Assembly (NCBI GenBank): GCA_002633005.1
Contig: NMRA01000981.1
Location: 16,486-80,485 of the forward strand
Length of the DNA: 64,000 nt
Origin: Phoronis australis
Taxonomy: Eukaryota > Animalia > Phoronida
Reading direction: 5' to 3'
The translations under genes were made by a program, and so were the position numbers. The notes under the pieces are model-generated. The model saw nothing but the letters and a program-made list of their open reading frames with translations, made no database searches and had not been told where the DNA came from. Positions 1 to 15,000 of the stretch are shown piece by piece (the stretch's first letter is position 1; every line of letters begins with the position of its first letter).

Positions 1-89
1 TTAACATGCATGACTTTCACTTAAAGGAGTCCTGAAATGTTATGTTTTTACGAATTTTTAATTTTGGTATGGCTTTAGTTTTAACTTAC

Positions 90-3000
90 TGGTTCAGATT
101 CAGACGATGGAAAGTCTGGTGGTTGTGAAGATAGCTGCAAACAGAAAAGCATTTAATTTGGTGAGAGACAGTTTAGTACATCTTCATGTGTCGTGTTACA
201 ATTTGTATGACATTTTAGTAACTTTAAACGTAACTTTTCGTAGTCTGAAATGTAACATTTCAAGTATTATTGTATTGAAGGGAGGTAGCTTTTTCGTAAA
301 GTGTTAATTTGATCCAGATGATACATTTCACTAAATCCAAATGTTTCTGAGAAAAGACTGACTGCTTTACAAATATTTCCATCAATTGTTTCATTAATAA
401 TAAAAAAGTATTAGATTGAGATCAATAAATTGTTTCTGTTTTTTTTGTGATATTGGTGTTATGTCTTTGAATTTTTCTAATGAACCCCATTTCAACTTTT
501 TTATTTCTGTCTTACCTCATTTGAGTCTGGGATGTATTCATCGCCTGACGAGCAAATTTCGGGGCTTGATCTTGATGGGCACCACTAGAATTTAAAGAGA
601 TGTGGTTCTTCAAAAATGTGTAAACCAACTTGCAATGTTTTAAGTTTGCAAAATAAACACACTTACATAGATTTTATGTCTAATATTAAAACTGGCATTT
701 AATTTGGAATGTGTCAACTATAATCAATGTCTGGTTTAGACATGGCCGTGGTATATGGGACTCGGAATCACAACTAAATTAGTTGTAAGGACTACATAAA
801 TTGTGTTTGATAATTTCGATGATATATATCTGTGTGTTTAGTTACACCAAGATGGCATAATGAGATTCAACAAGCTGAAAACCATACATCTTGAACGACT
901 GGTTTCCAAGCCAGAGGAGACAAGGTACTTGGTCCAGCGGCAGGTGATGGCTCGTGGACTGGAGGGTCCTCACTGTGTGGCTAAAATGAAAACACAATAT
1001 ATGTTAGCCATATCATTACAAAGAACCTCACAACTTGGTGAAGCACAAAATAGTGACCATTGGACACTTGATTTTGCTCTTTTAATTGTTGGCAAATTAG
1101 TATAGCAACTAATGTTTCTTACTCAATTAGGAGAAAAGGAGTGAAGTAACATAGGAGTTCCTAATCTATCCACATTACCTGGCTGGACTCTTCAAGAGTG
1201 GTGTCCACTCCTAGCAACCATTGGTCAGTCTCATAGCTGTCAATATGTGGCTGAAATGATTAAACGGTTTGCTAGTTATTAAATAGTGTGGTGGCAGGCT
1301 TGTCCAAATCATGTATTCCTAAACACCATCCTGTTGTTAATGAATGCCCCTTGATTTTGGAGATATTGATCTCAGAGCGAAACTTTTTTTCTGACAGCAA
1401 TGTCAAAAATCTTAAATGTGCAACTTACCACATTTGTCAGGTCCTTGTCCAAATACTCTTCCTCTCTAAATTCGTAGACATCCACGTCTGCATTCTAAAA
1501 TATATTTTCACTTTTCAGTTACTCTAGAGTGTAACATGGTTTATTGTAATACCAAATGGAAATCTTAATATCCAGCTTTGGTCGTTATGTTTCCTCCATT
1601 ATGTTACCTAAATTTGAAACAGATTTGTTTTGTTCAACTGGATGATCACAAAGTTTAGAAACCAATTGGACTGCACGCATTTTCGTATGCAAAAACAGGC
1701 TTTGAAATGTTTGTGTTTTCCACTAATAATATCTATTTGAACTTAATGGTGTAAAGCATCTCAATTTAAAAAAGTCTCTTGCTTCACTTCTGTCTCTTCT
1801 TCATACATTGTGTCTCCTTTGGTTTCTCTCTGATGTAAATATAAAAGATTATTAATCTGATCCTCTTAACATGGAAGTTACATCATCGTATTAATCATTA
1901 TCATGCTGGAAACTAAGCTACTTATTTTTAATTACTAACATTAATTTAAGAGTTTAAATGATAATAATTCATGCAGTGTAATATTAGTGTTGTTGTCAAT
2001 CAATGTATTTTTAATAAATGCAAGCAATATTAAATAAATACTACAAATTGGTGTTTTCTTCACGATTATTAGTGTACAATAACATTCACCCCTACCTCAG
2101 GCATAGCCCTTGAACTTGCATTGAATATGTATGGAGTCTGAAAAACAGACAAAACCACGAATTATGTATCTAAATGTCGTTGGAACGACAGATGCATTAA
2201 TCTGTGCACAAATATTTGAGTTGTTTGAATTGCTTTAAATAATTGTAATCAATTAAAAATGTGGAATGCAAAAGTCTGAATGTATAGTTGTCGAAATTCA
2301 CACTTTTACCACAGGTAATAACTTACCTTTCTTTTGTCCGAAATTTGTTCGACTTCAGGCTGAAATGGGTGCAATGCGAAATTGTTAATTTGTATATTTT
2401 ATAATATAATCGAAATCTTGAGTCATCCAGTAAAAACATATAGGAACAGCTTTAAACAAAAATTAAGCCTGGTATACAAATTTGGAAACTACAAAATTAA
2501 TTTATAATGAATGTGCACAAAACAAACACAAATCTGCTGTTATGGAAATTTAGATATAAGATTCTTGAAGGGCTCTTGTCTCCTTCAAAGGGTGTTGTAA
2601 ATGGTTGTTTGCTGGACATCTGGTCAAAAATGATCTTGATCATATCAGGGCTTGGAATTTTCCGCGGAAACGCGGATTTCCGCTTTTTTCAAATGTGTTT
2701 TCCGCTTTTTTTATAATATTTCCGCGTAAAAAAATAGGATTTGATATAAAATTTCTGCGGGAAATTCCTTTCTTACCGCGGGGTTGCAGACGACGTTCAC
2801 ATCGAAAAGCGGAAGTTGCTCTTCATGTTTCGGAGGAACGTAAATTGTCATCATTGCCGGGGCATCTGGGACAGCGTGGTGGGAGATTTTCAATGGCGTC
2901 TCGTGTTATTGTTAAGCGCGGCGACAAATACTACCGCTCTGCAGCCAAAAATGTGTGGGTTGGGAGTGGACGGGCGGGTTAAAAGGACGCAGATGCATGC

Positions 3001-6000
3001 TACTGATGGTGGTAACGTTTTTTTTTTCTTTTTTTAGTCCTCCCGATTTTTGTCGGGGAAAGGTTCACACTGACCATTTCAAGGCTGGTTTCCGCGTTTT
3101 TTGTCATTGGTCATTCCAAGCCCTGTCATATGCTTTATGTAATTAGTGGTATCGTCCCATTTCCAGGAATATGCTCAATTTTGAGATACCATGCAGAGAG
3201 AAGAACAGGTACCACAGAGGAGTTCAAGAGACTATCTACATTAAAACCTTGAAGCCATCCTTCAACAAACTATGTGGCGTTAAGTTGAAGCTGGCCTTGA
3301 TGATGGCATGGAGTACCAAAACAACATGAAGAAGACAATCCATTACTTGAGTTCCCATTATTCACAATCATTCTTTTGAAGAAGGCAAGATATCTCAGAG
3401 GATCTAGCAGGTTTTAAAGGTAAAAAATGTCCAAGTCAGCAGATTTTGTTTCTATAGTGCACGTTCAGGATAATTTAATTTTGTGTCCAAACATATATAC
3501 CAGGGCTAAATGTAGTTAAAATGTGCAATATTACTGTGTTCCAAAAAGTTGAGCAAACATGTATTGTGACATTGTGAACATTAGCCTTATAATTCAAATG
3601 GGGCTTATTTTTCGTTAGTAAAGGCAATGCACATTTAAGTTTAACTAGGACCTTATCAACTGTTTCTGAGATGTGCTCCCCAAAGTTAGTCACATATACT
3701 TTTAAGTTAAACTAATTTAAACATCGCAGCGTTTTCAAGTGTAAAGACGATAGCAGATTAATTGTGAAGTTACTCGTATATGAAAGACAAATACTTACAT
3801 AGCCCCCGTCTGTTTTTCTCTTTCGCTTTTTGGATTTGGAATTTTTTACTTCCATCTGAAACACGCAAGAATGCATCTCAGCAAGTTGACCCAAGCTGTT
3901 CTCAAATTGAAGTTACTAACCCTCTCAGTATATGAATATCACCGGTTATTTTCAGTGTACTATTTTTTCCTGGAATTGTATGCAGGAGCTTCAATCGGTT
4001 TTATATTTCTCTTAAAAATCCAACTCAATACATATGCAATTGGAAAGTATGTATGTGCTGACAAATTTAAAATAGCGATTTTAAGCAAAGTAAGTTTTTC
4101 ACAGGTAATGGAAATCGACTTTCAAACAGAGTGGTTCAGACAAGGTCACGTTTCGAGCATAGCAGCAATATCATCTTAAATCAAATAATGCTTGTATACT
4201 CCTAGTACATGCAACAACTTACCACTTCGTTGTCCTTCTTTTGATCTGCTGCAGTCTGAAATGCATATGAAATACTGACTGACTCGAAAACCACATGTGA
4301 TTTCTGATATGTATCATAATCCCATTGAAGGTGAATGCCACCCAATTTAGTTAGTCTCTTTTACAGTCTTAATCAGTCTATTTGGTTCACTAGTATAGTG
4401 TTTTCTTGGCTGGAAGTTTTTAACTTTGGCGGGTTTATGTTGGTGGTGTCTTTAGTTTGGTGGTGACGGGTCTGATTGGTTTCTAAGCCACTGGCTGGGA
4501 TAACTAGTGTGTTGTGTGTTTAGAACTGAAAAATCACAAATCTAATTATTACAACACTTAGCTATGTTATCCGCCCTGCCTGTACTTCATGGAAGAATAA
4601 TTCGACTTTATCACGGAACTGACCCCAAACTCCTGCAACCGAACTCTGTAAGGTTACGGTACTATCATATACTTAAAAATCAGTGACAGTGAAATAATAC
4701 AACACGTTTGTTCAAGAACTCAATGTTTTTGTAAATGTTTTACCTCATTAAGCATGTTGTCAACTGCTGACCGACTGCATTAGACGCTCTGACGTCATTG
4801 GTTAATTTGAAAACATCTGTTTGCCATCAGGTGCCGGGTAAAAGAACTGAACTCATTGTTATCCAGTTGAACTACTCTATCTAAATTGATACAAAACTGG
4901 TTGTTTTTCGGTGGCATTCTCCCTTAAGGAAATACTTAAATTGCAGTTTAGCTGAAACTAGAATGTGTGTACTTTTATTTTTTCTTCCAAACTTGTATAA
5001 CGGAGCTCAATTGATGTCCAAGAGATTTATAAATTCTACTACAAGTTCTTCAGTCTGAAGGTAAGGATATGTGTAGTGCGAAATTGTGAATGCGCTGTTA
5101 ATTTTAACCAAGAAAGTCGATTTGAACTACTGTAAACAGAGCATCAGAATAATTATTTTATTACAGGCAAATAGTACTTACATTTTCCGTGTCCAATTTT
5201 CTCTTGGAACCTTTGGCTTTGGTCTGAAACACACAAATATGCTATTCGAGATGCCAATCAAACCTATTCAGAATAGAGTTGCGAACTGTATTTCAGTTCT
5301 TAATTAATTTTATCAAAGATTATTTTCAACAAATCATTATTTTTTCTCCAAACTCGAACTAGGAAGCAAGACAAAATACTGTTCTTAGGGTCATCTTAAA
5401 AACTTCAGTTTTTTACACATGCATTGCAAATTGAAAATGGGGTGAAAACTCTAAGTAACTTAATTTAAATGAGGTTAATTTTAGTCACACCTTTTGTTTT
5501 CTCCACCAGAGTGAACCAGGATCTCCACGGTAATCATAATGGAGCTCCTCTCCTTTGTCGATATCCCTGCTCGCATACAGGACCAGGCGAGGAGTGTCAG
5601 ACACTACTTTCAATTTCATAGTGCTATTGCACTCAGCTGTGCACTCCTCTGCATCATTCACGAGATGCGCAAGTCTTCCAACAGTGTCTTTGGCATCAAT
5701 GCTACAGAACAAAAAGAGGAAGTGTGTGAGTATTAAAGTGGAATGGTTGAGTGTTGTGTTACATGTCGATTGTATGATGCACGAACACCATGTGGGTGAG
5801 TGTTTGCACTTACCACATTTGTTTTCCACTGTATTTGAAGTAATACTGGTAAAATCTAGGGAAAGGTGTATCTGGAGGCACCGATACTTTGACGTCTCTT
5901 GCCAGTAACAGTTCCCCAACATATTCCAGAAGGAAGTCGCCCTTGCTGAAGGTTTTTGTTGTAAAGACACCACGGCCTGAAATATTTTTAAGAACAAAAA

Positions 6001-9000
6001 CGTTGAAACCTCTTTCACACACGCGCACCCCCACTTCCACCGCCTTTATGTGGCTTGTCTGTCATGTCATGTGCCGCCCCAACCCTGAGTTGTCACCCAC
6101 TGTCTTCGTCAATTTTGTACCAATTCTTTTTTGTTAGTGCCGTCCTCTTCCATACTTACTGCTGTCTACCTGTGGCTTCAACATTCCCCTAGCATCATTC
6201 ACAGTAGATGTTCACATTGCTCTATAGTTAAATTTGAACTTCAATTTCACCTAAATATCATTTTGTAAAACTATCCAAGTCATGACATCACGCAAACAGT
6301 TATTAATTTTTCCAATAATCATGCATTGTACCAATGTAAAGTTTAATTGCATCCTCTTACATGTATGCTCAAAAACAATTCATGTGAATTAATAAGTTAC
6401 CTAAGTCTGAAAACAATTATACCTCTAGCACAAAAGTAGTGCATGACATCAGTGGCTCGTGTGAGCACTGCAACTATTCTGAGACTGTTCCAACAAATCC
6501 TCGGGCTGTAAGTGTGATGATCACTGTAATAGTTTACTTAAGATTTAAAAGTGCATTACCCTTTTCTTCGGAGACGTATCGGACATCAAAGCCTTCTTGG
6601 TCATAACCCGCATTGCAGAAAAATTGAGCATTCTGCAAACCAAATTGAATTAGTGTAAAGACATTGCCATGTTTAGTTAAGATGTTATATTGTCATCACA
6701 TGCTGACATGGAAGCATTGTTGAGTGCAAAGCAATAACAGATCAGTTCCAGAAGTTGTCGTTTTATCATTGACCAATAAGGGGATAGCATATAAACCCGC
6801 TTTCTACCTGAAACATGCAATATTATGTGCAGAATGGTAGTCAGTAACATCAAAGGCTTATTTAAGAGGACTAAAGGTCACGGTGTTAATGTTTTGTTTT
6901 TCTCCGAATTGGTTGGGAAGAGATGATTTTATAATTAGAATTTTTACTGCCTCCAAGAAACTTGCAGTTTAGAACTTCATACCATATTGTAGGGTGCTGA
7001 AAATGATATACTAACAAAAGTCCCTCCAGTGCAAAAGTAGTAGCTGTAGTAGTAAAGTGTATTCTGGATCCATTAACAACATATCTATTTTGTCTCAAGC
7101 AAACGTAGTAGCATTCCAAGTGTTGGGATGATAACAGATTAGCTTTTATAACAGGCAATTAAGGTATTATTTTGATTGCTAAGGCGATAGATCAAGTGAA
7201 AAGGTTGTTTTTTATGACTTACATGCTCCCTGTCTGTTTCTCTCGTCCTTCGTTTTTTTGTTTGAGAAGTAACGGGTTCCACCTGAAACGTGCATTAATT
7301 TGTGTAGGCTTCAAGACCACAAAACTCGTTTTAGGAGGTGTATCTCATTTCTTAGTAGCCAAATGTCAAAGATCTCATTCATCTAGTAACATTATTTCTT
7401 CCAAACTTGTATAGAGGAGCTTATTTTGCAAATAGTGATTTTTCAACCCTATTATTTTTTTAATTTTATTATACGTGCGTTGTGAAATGGGAGCAGGCTG
7501 AACAGTTCCCACTTACAAAATTGAAGTTTTGAGAGCAGATAATTCAAGTTATCATTTTATGGGCAATTTTTACCTCTCTCTTCTCCACATTTTGAATCTG
7601 TGTTTTCCTTTTCGTGTCCTTTTTTTCAGATGCCATCTGAAACATGCAAGAATGTGTATAGAGACAGTAACCAAAGTTGAATTCAGACTAGACTTGTGAA
7701 TTACCTTTCATCTTGAACAGTCCCACTATTATTTTTTCAAACAGGTGCTCTCTTGTTCTAGATAAAACAGTTTTCACAGTTTTCTTAAAAGCTTGGTAGA
7801 TATGCAATACAAAATTGTGAATCTGCTGACAATTTTGAAACTAATAACTTTAAACAAAATGTGCGTATTAAATCATGCATTGGCAACTGCATACATGTAT
7901 ATGTTCTGTCTCAGTCTGTAATTTCTAAGAGCATTTATGACTAACAAGTTGTAACAAGGTTATATTTTCATTTGCTAAGCCAATGGACTTATAATTCAGT
8001 CTCATTATAACATGGAAGCATTTTCAAATGTAAAGGCAATGTTAGTTCGATTCTAAAATTGAAACACAGAAGCTACTTCATATACCTCTCCAGTCTCCGC
8101 TTTTTCATGTACCTCTCCCTTCTCTGCTTTTCTCCGCTTTTTCTTTTTCTTTTTCTTTTTTTCGGAATCCATCTGAAACACGTTGGAATATGTGTTGAGA
8201 TGTAAAGATGAAATCAGAATTCAGACTAGAAGTATGAATAGTATCTCAGTAATATTAAATAGTTATTTAACAAATTAAGTTTTAGGTTTTCTTCAAATTT
8301 GTGCTTACTACATTGAATTTTGTGCTTTGATCACAGGCAACAACTTACTGCTCTCTTATCCTTTTGCTTGTTTTGAAACTGAAATGCCTAGGGAAATTTA
8401 CAGACTAACTGAAAACTCACTGGAATCATGTATCGTGGCCACAGTGAAAAAATATTAAAATCACACTTTTGCTGCTTGGACTGTTTTGCGTGTTCTTTGA
8501 TATTGAGCTTCCGAACTTGTACAGTTGAGTTAAATTGTTCAAGAAGAATGCGATTCCAGAGCAAGTTCGTGAACTGGAGACACCATACCCTGCTAGGGAT
8601 TGTATTAAAGAGAACTTCATAACTCTGCTAATCTACAAGGTAGTGACCATCATGAACACCATAATTTATTGTTTTAATCGTTTATAAAATAAAAAAGCTT
8701 CAAATGTTTTTTTCAATTGGGATCAAATGATTAAACATAGAAATTCCTCATCTGTTGATATTACCTGTCTGAACTCCTCAACTGGCTCAAACGTGGTGTT
8801 CTGTACCGGCAACCGAGGTTCCTTATCGAAGCTGTCAATGGGCCGCTGAAAGTATCACAGGCTTCCTTGATATTAAAGGGGCGTTATTAGTTATGATCTT
8901 TACCTTCGCTCAGTCATGGTGATATGTAAAGTAGTTTAAGATTAAATGGTGTAGTAGCAGGCTTGTCAGGAATACAAGGTAGGCTTGAAAATGCTACAGT

Positions 9001-12000
9001 TTTGGTAGAAAGCATCTTCACAATAAGGAAATTCACTTGGTTTTCTTGCATATTGGCTAAATAGTGAAACAACATTTTTCTGGAAAATATTAAATGTCCA
9101 ACTTACCACTTTCTTTAACTCCTTATCCAAATACTTTGTTTTCTGTGTTGTGAACAGTGACTTGTCTGTTGTTTTTTCCTCCCTTAGTTCGCACACATCC
9201 ACATCTGTGTTCTAAAATATATTTTGCACATTTCATTAATTTTGGTAAAACATACCTTTCCTTACCAAATTGAAGTCTTAGCATGAAAATGTGGTCATCA
9301 TGTCACCAACTTTTAAAAGGGATTCAGTGCTTTAAACTTCGTGATCAAAACAGAAACTTTAAAAGTTTAAAAACCAATTGATTTTAGGCGAGAACATTAA
9401 ACAAATACTGGTACAAATTGAGGTTTTCCTCACGATTGTTGATCCACAGTGACGTTTCCTTTATCTCAGAAGTAACACTTCCACTCACTTTGATTGTTTT
9501 AGGTGGGTGAAACACAAAGTTCACCAAAACACCAATTATGCAGCAGTGACCTCATATGAATACGAGATAGCCATAGGAAAAAGTTTTCTGAATGGCAAAT
9601 GTGTTTACATTTGTACTGATTATTGCGCCATTTGCATTGCCTTAAAAAATAGTGATTACAATATAAATATTTGAATTAAGTGGAATGTGAAATCTTGAAT
9701 ATATTGAATGTTTTAACCAAAAAATGTGACATTTCTTTTTTCCTGTGTAAAGGAATTTGTTTAAGTATAGTGGCAACAGCGGTTTAACTCAAGTAATTCG
9801 TGCTTTTTTCACAAGCAGTACGTTACTTTTACATTGTTGTCATTTGCTTTATTTAAAGCTGAAAGGTGGGCAATGAGAAATTGTGAATGTATGTATGTAA
9901 TAGTATTATGGAGATGTTGAGCCATGCGGTGAAAACATATTCTTGGAACAACTTTTAGCAAAAATCAACTCTGCAGTTTAAGTTTGGAAACAATGTTTAA
10001 GTTCATGAAATTTAGGCAAAAGAAACACAAATCTGCTCTTTTGGACAGTTTCATAATTAGGTTCTTGGTTAATTGCCGAAATTACAGTCACATGTGATCT
10101 TGTTCATGTTACTTAAGTCATCGGTGCTATCATACCATTTGCAGGAGTTTGAGATCAACAATCAAAATGTCGAGATACCATGCAGAGAGAAGAAACTGGT
10201 TCCTTAGGAGAGTTCAAGAGATCATCTACATTAAAGCCTGAAGCCATCCTTCAATGAACAAAGTGGTGTTAGGTTTAAGCTGCTGTCTGCTTGAGATGGT
10301 TGCATGGAGTACATAGCAACATGAAGAACACTACCCATTACTGGAGTCTCACTGCTCACAGTCATTCCTTTAAAGGTCTTGGAGGTTCTGGGCGTTTTTA
10401 AAGGTAAATTTCCAGAACAACAGATTTGTGTTCTTATAGTGCGCATTGGGTGTAATTATTTTTCTGCGAACTTGATGGGAAGAGCTGATTTTATAATTAG
10501 CATTTTTACTACCTTCTTGAAAATTGCAGTTTAGTATGTTACGGGATACTGTAAAATGCTGAGTGTTATACCGAATTTGCCGCAATAACCGCCTAAGCCC
10601 CTATAAGTGCCCCCAACGAGTTTTTAGACTTTGCTAAAATAAGCGACAATCCATGAACGTGTACATGCGAAAAATAAATTACCTACAGTCATAAAATTCT
10701 ACAGTAACATCTTCAATTTTTTAAATAATGTCTGACAGTCCTGAAAAAATCATGGTGCGCAGAATTTGTTTACGAGGCTCGCCGCTATCTCGGTATTTAG
10801 CCATAACTTTACACTTCAATCTTCCGCCATGCCTCAAAACCAACACAAAAGTTTTGCTGATCTTATGAGGACCAATGTTCTGGCCTTTCTGAACAGACGT
10901 AGTTATAAATGGTTTATAATAAGTGCCCCCCTGAAACGAACTTTTCTTAGCTTACTGGGCCGTTATTACGGCAAATACGGTTCTACCAAAAGTCCAACCA
11001 GTGCAAAAGTAGTAACTTTTTCAAATATAAAGTGTATACCGCATCCATTAACAGTATATCTATTTGATCTCAAGCAAATGTGGTAGCATTTCATGTGTTA
11101 AGATGATAACAGATTAACTCAACAAGTTATCTTTTTGTCATGGACAATCAAGGTATTATTTTGAGTGCTAAGGCGATAGCAGATCAAGTGAAAAGGTTAT
11201 CTTTTGAGGACTTACATGCTCCCTGCCCCTTTCTGTCATCCTTTGTTTTTTTGTTTGAGAGATTTCGCCCTCCACCTGAAACGTGCATCAATTTGTGTAG
11301 GCTTCAAGACCACAAAACTCGGTTTAAGAGGTGTATCTCATTTCTTAGTAGCCAAATGTCAAAGATCTCATTCATCTAGTAACATTATTTCTTCCAAACT
11401 TGTACAGAGGAGCTTATTTTGCAAATAGTGATTTCTTAACCCTATTAAGAATTGCAGTTTAGTATATGTTCTATATCAAATGTGAACGACTGAAAATTTA
11501 TGTCGCAGAGGATTCTCAAAAGCCCGAAGTCTTTTATCGACCACTTTACTGAGTGTGAGTTGGCGTCCAGCCATTGTTGGCCAGCCTTTACGAAGGACTA
11601 TCTCAAACAAAGTTCTCAGAATCCTTGCGGAGTTCTAAAAAAACAGAAAAAATGAACTTTTGCAAATACAGTAGCCTATTCTAGTGAACAAATGAGAGCA
11701 GTTTAATTCAGAAGGTTATCATTTTATGGGCACTCTTTACCTCTCTCTTCTCCACATTTTGACTCTGTGTTTTCTTTTTCATTTTCTTTTTATCAGATTC
11801 CACCTGAAACATGCAAGAATATGTATAGAGATAGTAACCAAAGTTGGAATTCAGACTAGACTTGTGAATTATCTTTCATCTTGTACAGTCCACTATTATT
11901 TTTTGCAAGCACGTGCTCTTTAAAGTTTATTAGATATGCAATACAAAATTGTGAATTAGCTGACAATTTTGAAGCTAATGAATTTACACAAAATGTGCGT

Positions 12001-15000
12001 ATTAAATCATACATTGGCAACTGCATACTTGTATGTTCTGTCTTAATCTGTAATTTCTAAGAGCATTTATTACTAACAAATTGTAAAAACGGTTATATTT
12101 TCACTTTCTTAGCCAATGGACTTATAATTCAGTCTCATTATAACATGGAAGCGTTTGCAAATGTAAAGGCAATGTTAGTTTGATTCTAAAATTGAAACAC
12201 AGAAGCTACTTCATATACCTCTCCAGTCTCGGCTTTTTCAAGTACCTCTCCCTTTTCTGTTTTTTTCTGCTTTTTCTTTTTCTTTTTTTCGGAATCCATC
12301 TGAAACATGTTGAAATATCCGTTGACATGTAAAGATGAAATCAGAATTCAGACTAGAAGTATGAATAGTATCTCAGTAATATTAAATAGTTATTTAACAA
12401 ATTAACTTAGGTTTTCTTCAAATTTGTGCAGATGATACATTTCAAGACAAAATGATGTTTGTACAGTTTTTTTTAAACCTGCAGCTTACTACATTGAATT
12501 TTGTGCTTTGATCACAGGCGACAACTTACTGCTCTCTTATCCTTTTGCTTGTTTTGAAACTGAAATGCCTAGGGAAATTTACAGACTAACTGAAAACTCA
12601 CTGGAATGATGTATCATGGCCACAGTGATGAAATATTAAAATCACATTTTGCTGCTTGGACTGTTTTGCGTGTTCTTTGATATTGAGCTTCCAAACTTGT
12701 ACAATTGAGTTAAAGTGATCAAGAAGAATGGGATTCCAGACCAAGTTCGTGAACTGGAGACGCCATAAACTGCTAGGGATTGCATTAAATAGAACTTCAT
12801 AACTCTTCTAATATGCAAGTTAGTGACCATCATGAACACCATATTTTGTTGTTTTAGTCGTTGACTAATTAACAAAGCTTCAAATGTGTTTTTCAATAAG
12901 GAGAACATGATTAAACATGGAAGTTTTTCATTTATTCATATTACCTGTCTGAACTTCTCAGCTGACTTAAATGTGGTGTCCTGTCCTGGCAACCGCGGCT
13001 CCTTATCGAAGCTGTCAATGGGCCGCTGAAACGATCAAATGGCTTTCTTGAAATTAAAGGGGGCGTTATTAGTTATGATCCTTACCTTCGCTCAGACATG
13101 GTGATATGTAAAGTAGTTTAAGATTAAATGGTGTAGTAGCAGGCTTGTCAGGAATACAAGCTAGGCTTGAAAATGCTACAGTTTTAATGTACTGTTTGGC
13201 AAGTCTCGAGGATTGCGTAGAATGTGTATTGCCAATAAGGAAATTCACTTGATTTTTAGCATATTGGCTAAATAGCAAAACGACATTTTTCTGGAAAATA
13301 TCAAATGTCCAACTTACCCCTTTCTTTAACTCCTTATCCAAATATTCTGTAGTCTGTGTTGTGAACAGTGACTTGTCTGTTGTTTTTTCCTCCCTTAATT
13401 CGCACACATCCACCTCTGCATTCTAAAATATATTTTATACCTTTCATTAATTTTAGTAAAAACAAACATTGCAATACCAAATGGAAATATTAGCCTGAAA
13501 GTGTTATCATGTCTCCATGCATTATGTTACCAACTTTTAAAAGGGATTCAGTGCTTTAAACTTCGTGATAACAACAGAAACCTTAAAAATTTATAAACCA
13601 ATTGATTTTAGACGAGAACATTAAACAAATACTGGAACAAATTGAGGTTTTCCTTGTGATTATTGATGGAGAGGGACGTTTTTCTTACATGAGAGGTCCC
13701 ACTTTGACTCCCTTTGATTACTTTAGGTGGGTGAAACAAAAAGTTAACCAAAACACCAATCATCCAGTAGGGTACCTCATATAAATATGCGAGCCATAGG
13801 AAAATATTTTCTGAATTACAAATGTGTTTACATTTGTTCTGATATTTTTGCCATTGGCGTTGTGTTAAATAATAGTGATCCAGTAAAAATATTTGAATAA
13901 TGTGAAATGCAAAATTTTGAAATGTTTTTAACCAAAAAAATATGGACATTACTTTTTCGTGTGTACTTGTTTAAGTATAATGGCAATAGCTGTTTAATTC
14001 AAGTAATTCATGGTTTTTCCAAAGCAATCAATTACTTTTCCATTGTCGTCATTTGCTTTACCTAAAGCTGAAAGGTGTGCAATGAGACCTTGTGAATGTA
14101 TGTATTCAATAGTATTATGGAGATGTTGAGCCATGCGGTGAAAACATTCTTGGAACAACTTTTAGCAAAAATCAACTCTGCAGTTCAAATTTGGGAACAA
14201 CAAAATTATGTTACATTCCCAAATTAAATTACATACCCAAAAGAAACACAAATCTGCTCTATTGAACATTTGCATATGAGATCCTTGGAGAGCTCTCATC
14301 TCCTTTCAAAGGTGATGGTTAATTGCCGGAATTACAGTCACATGTGATATTGTTCTTGTTACTTAAGTCATTGGTGCTATCATACCATTTGCAGGAGTCT
14401 GAGTTATCAATCAAATGTTGATATACCATGCAGAAAGAAGAAACTGGTTCCTTAGAGGAGTTCAAGAGATCATCTACATTAAAGCCCAGAAGCCACCCTT
14501 CAATGAACTTGGCGGTGTTAGGTTTAAGCTGCTGTCTGCTTGAGATGATTACATAGAGTACATAGCAACATGAAGAACACTACCCATTACTGGAGTTCCC
14601 GCCATTCACAATCATCCTTTGAAGGTCTTGGAGGTTCTGGGAGTTTTTAAAGGTAAATTTCCAGAACAATGGATTTGTGTTTTAATAGTGCGCATTGGGT
14701 GTAATTTAATTGCTGTGTCCAAACTTGTACAGTATGGTTAAGTTTTGTTAAAAGTTAGCGATTCTACAGCTTTCCTAAAAAGTGAAGCTTAGGATGCATG
14801 TGATGTGACATTGTGAACTCACTATTAGTCTTCTAGTTTGAATGAGGTTACTTTTTCGCTTGTAAAAGCCCGCAGCATTTAAGGCTATTTAGGATCTTAT
14901 TGATAAGTATGTGCATGAAGTCAAATATCTAGAAAATTATAGAATATAAGTACAAAATTTCCTAGAAGTAAAAAGTCTGCGGAAATTATACTTTTACTTG

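Larger units (their letters stand above)
6900..14720. repeat. Tandem segmental duplication with a period of about 4.2 kb; an older partial copy lies at about 1.1-4.3 kb
   Basis: Colinear paralogous blocks: 8765 vs 12945, 9107 vs 13318, 7223 vs 11216, about 10180 vs about 14430. More diverged matches at 1179, 1429 and about 3190, and 3440-4330 vs 14660-15960. Boundaries approximate. Confidence 0.9.

Noticed and set aside
3360-3420. Hammerhead ribozyme at the Penelope 3' end
   Set aside because: Only a TTGAAGA resemblance; no intact CTGANGA...GAAA core with stems.
5485-6040. ORFs 5485-6018 and 5810-6040 as separate or frameshifted genes
   Set aside because: Explained by a 112-bp GT-AG intron (5702-5813) and an acceptor at 5977; they are exons of one SET domain.
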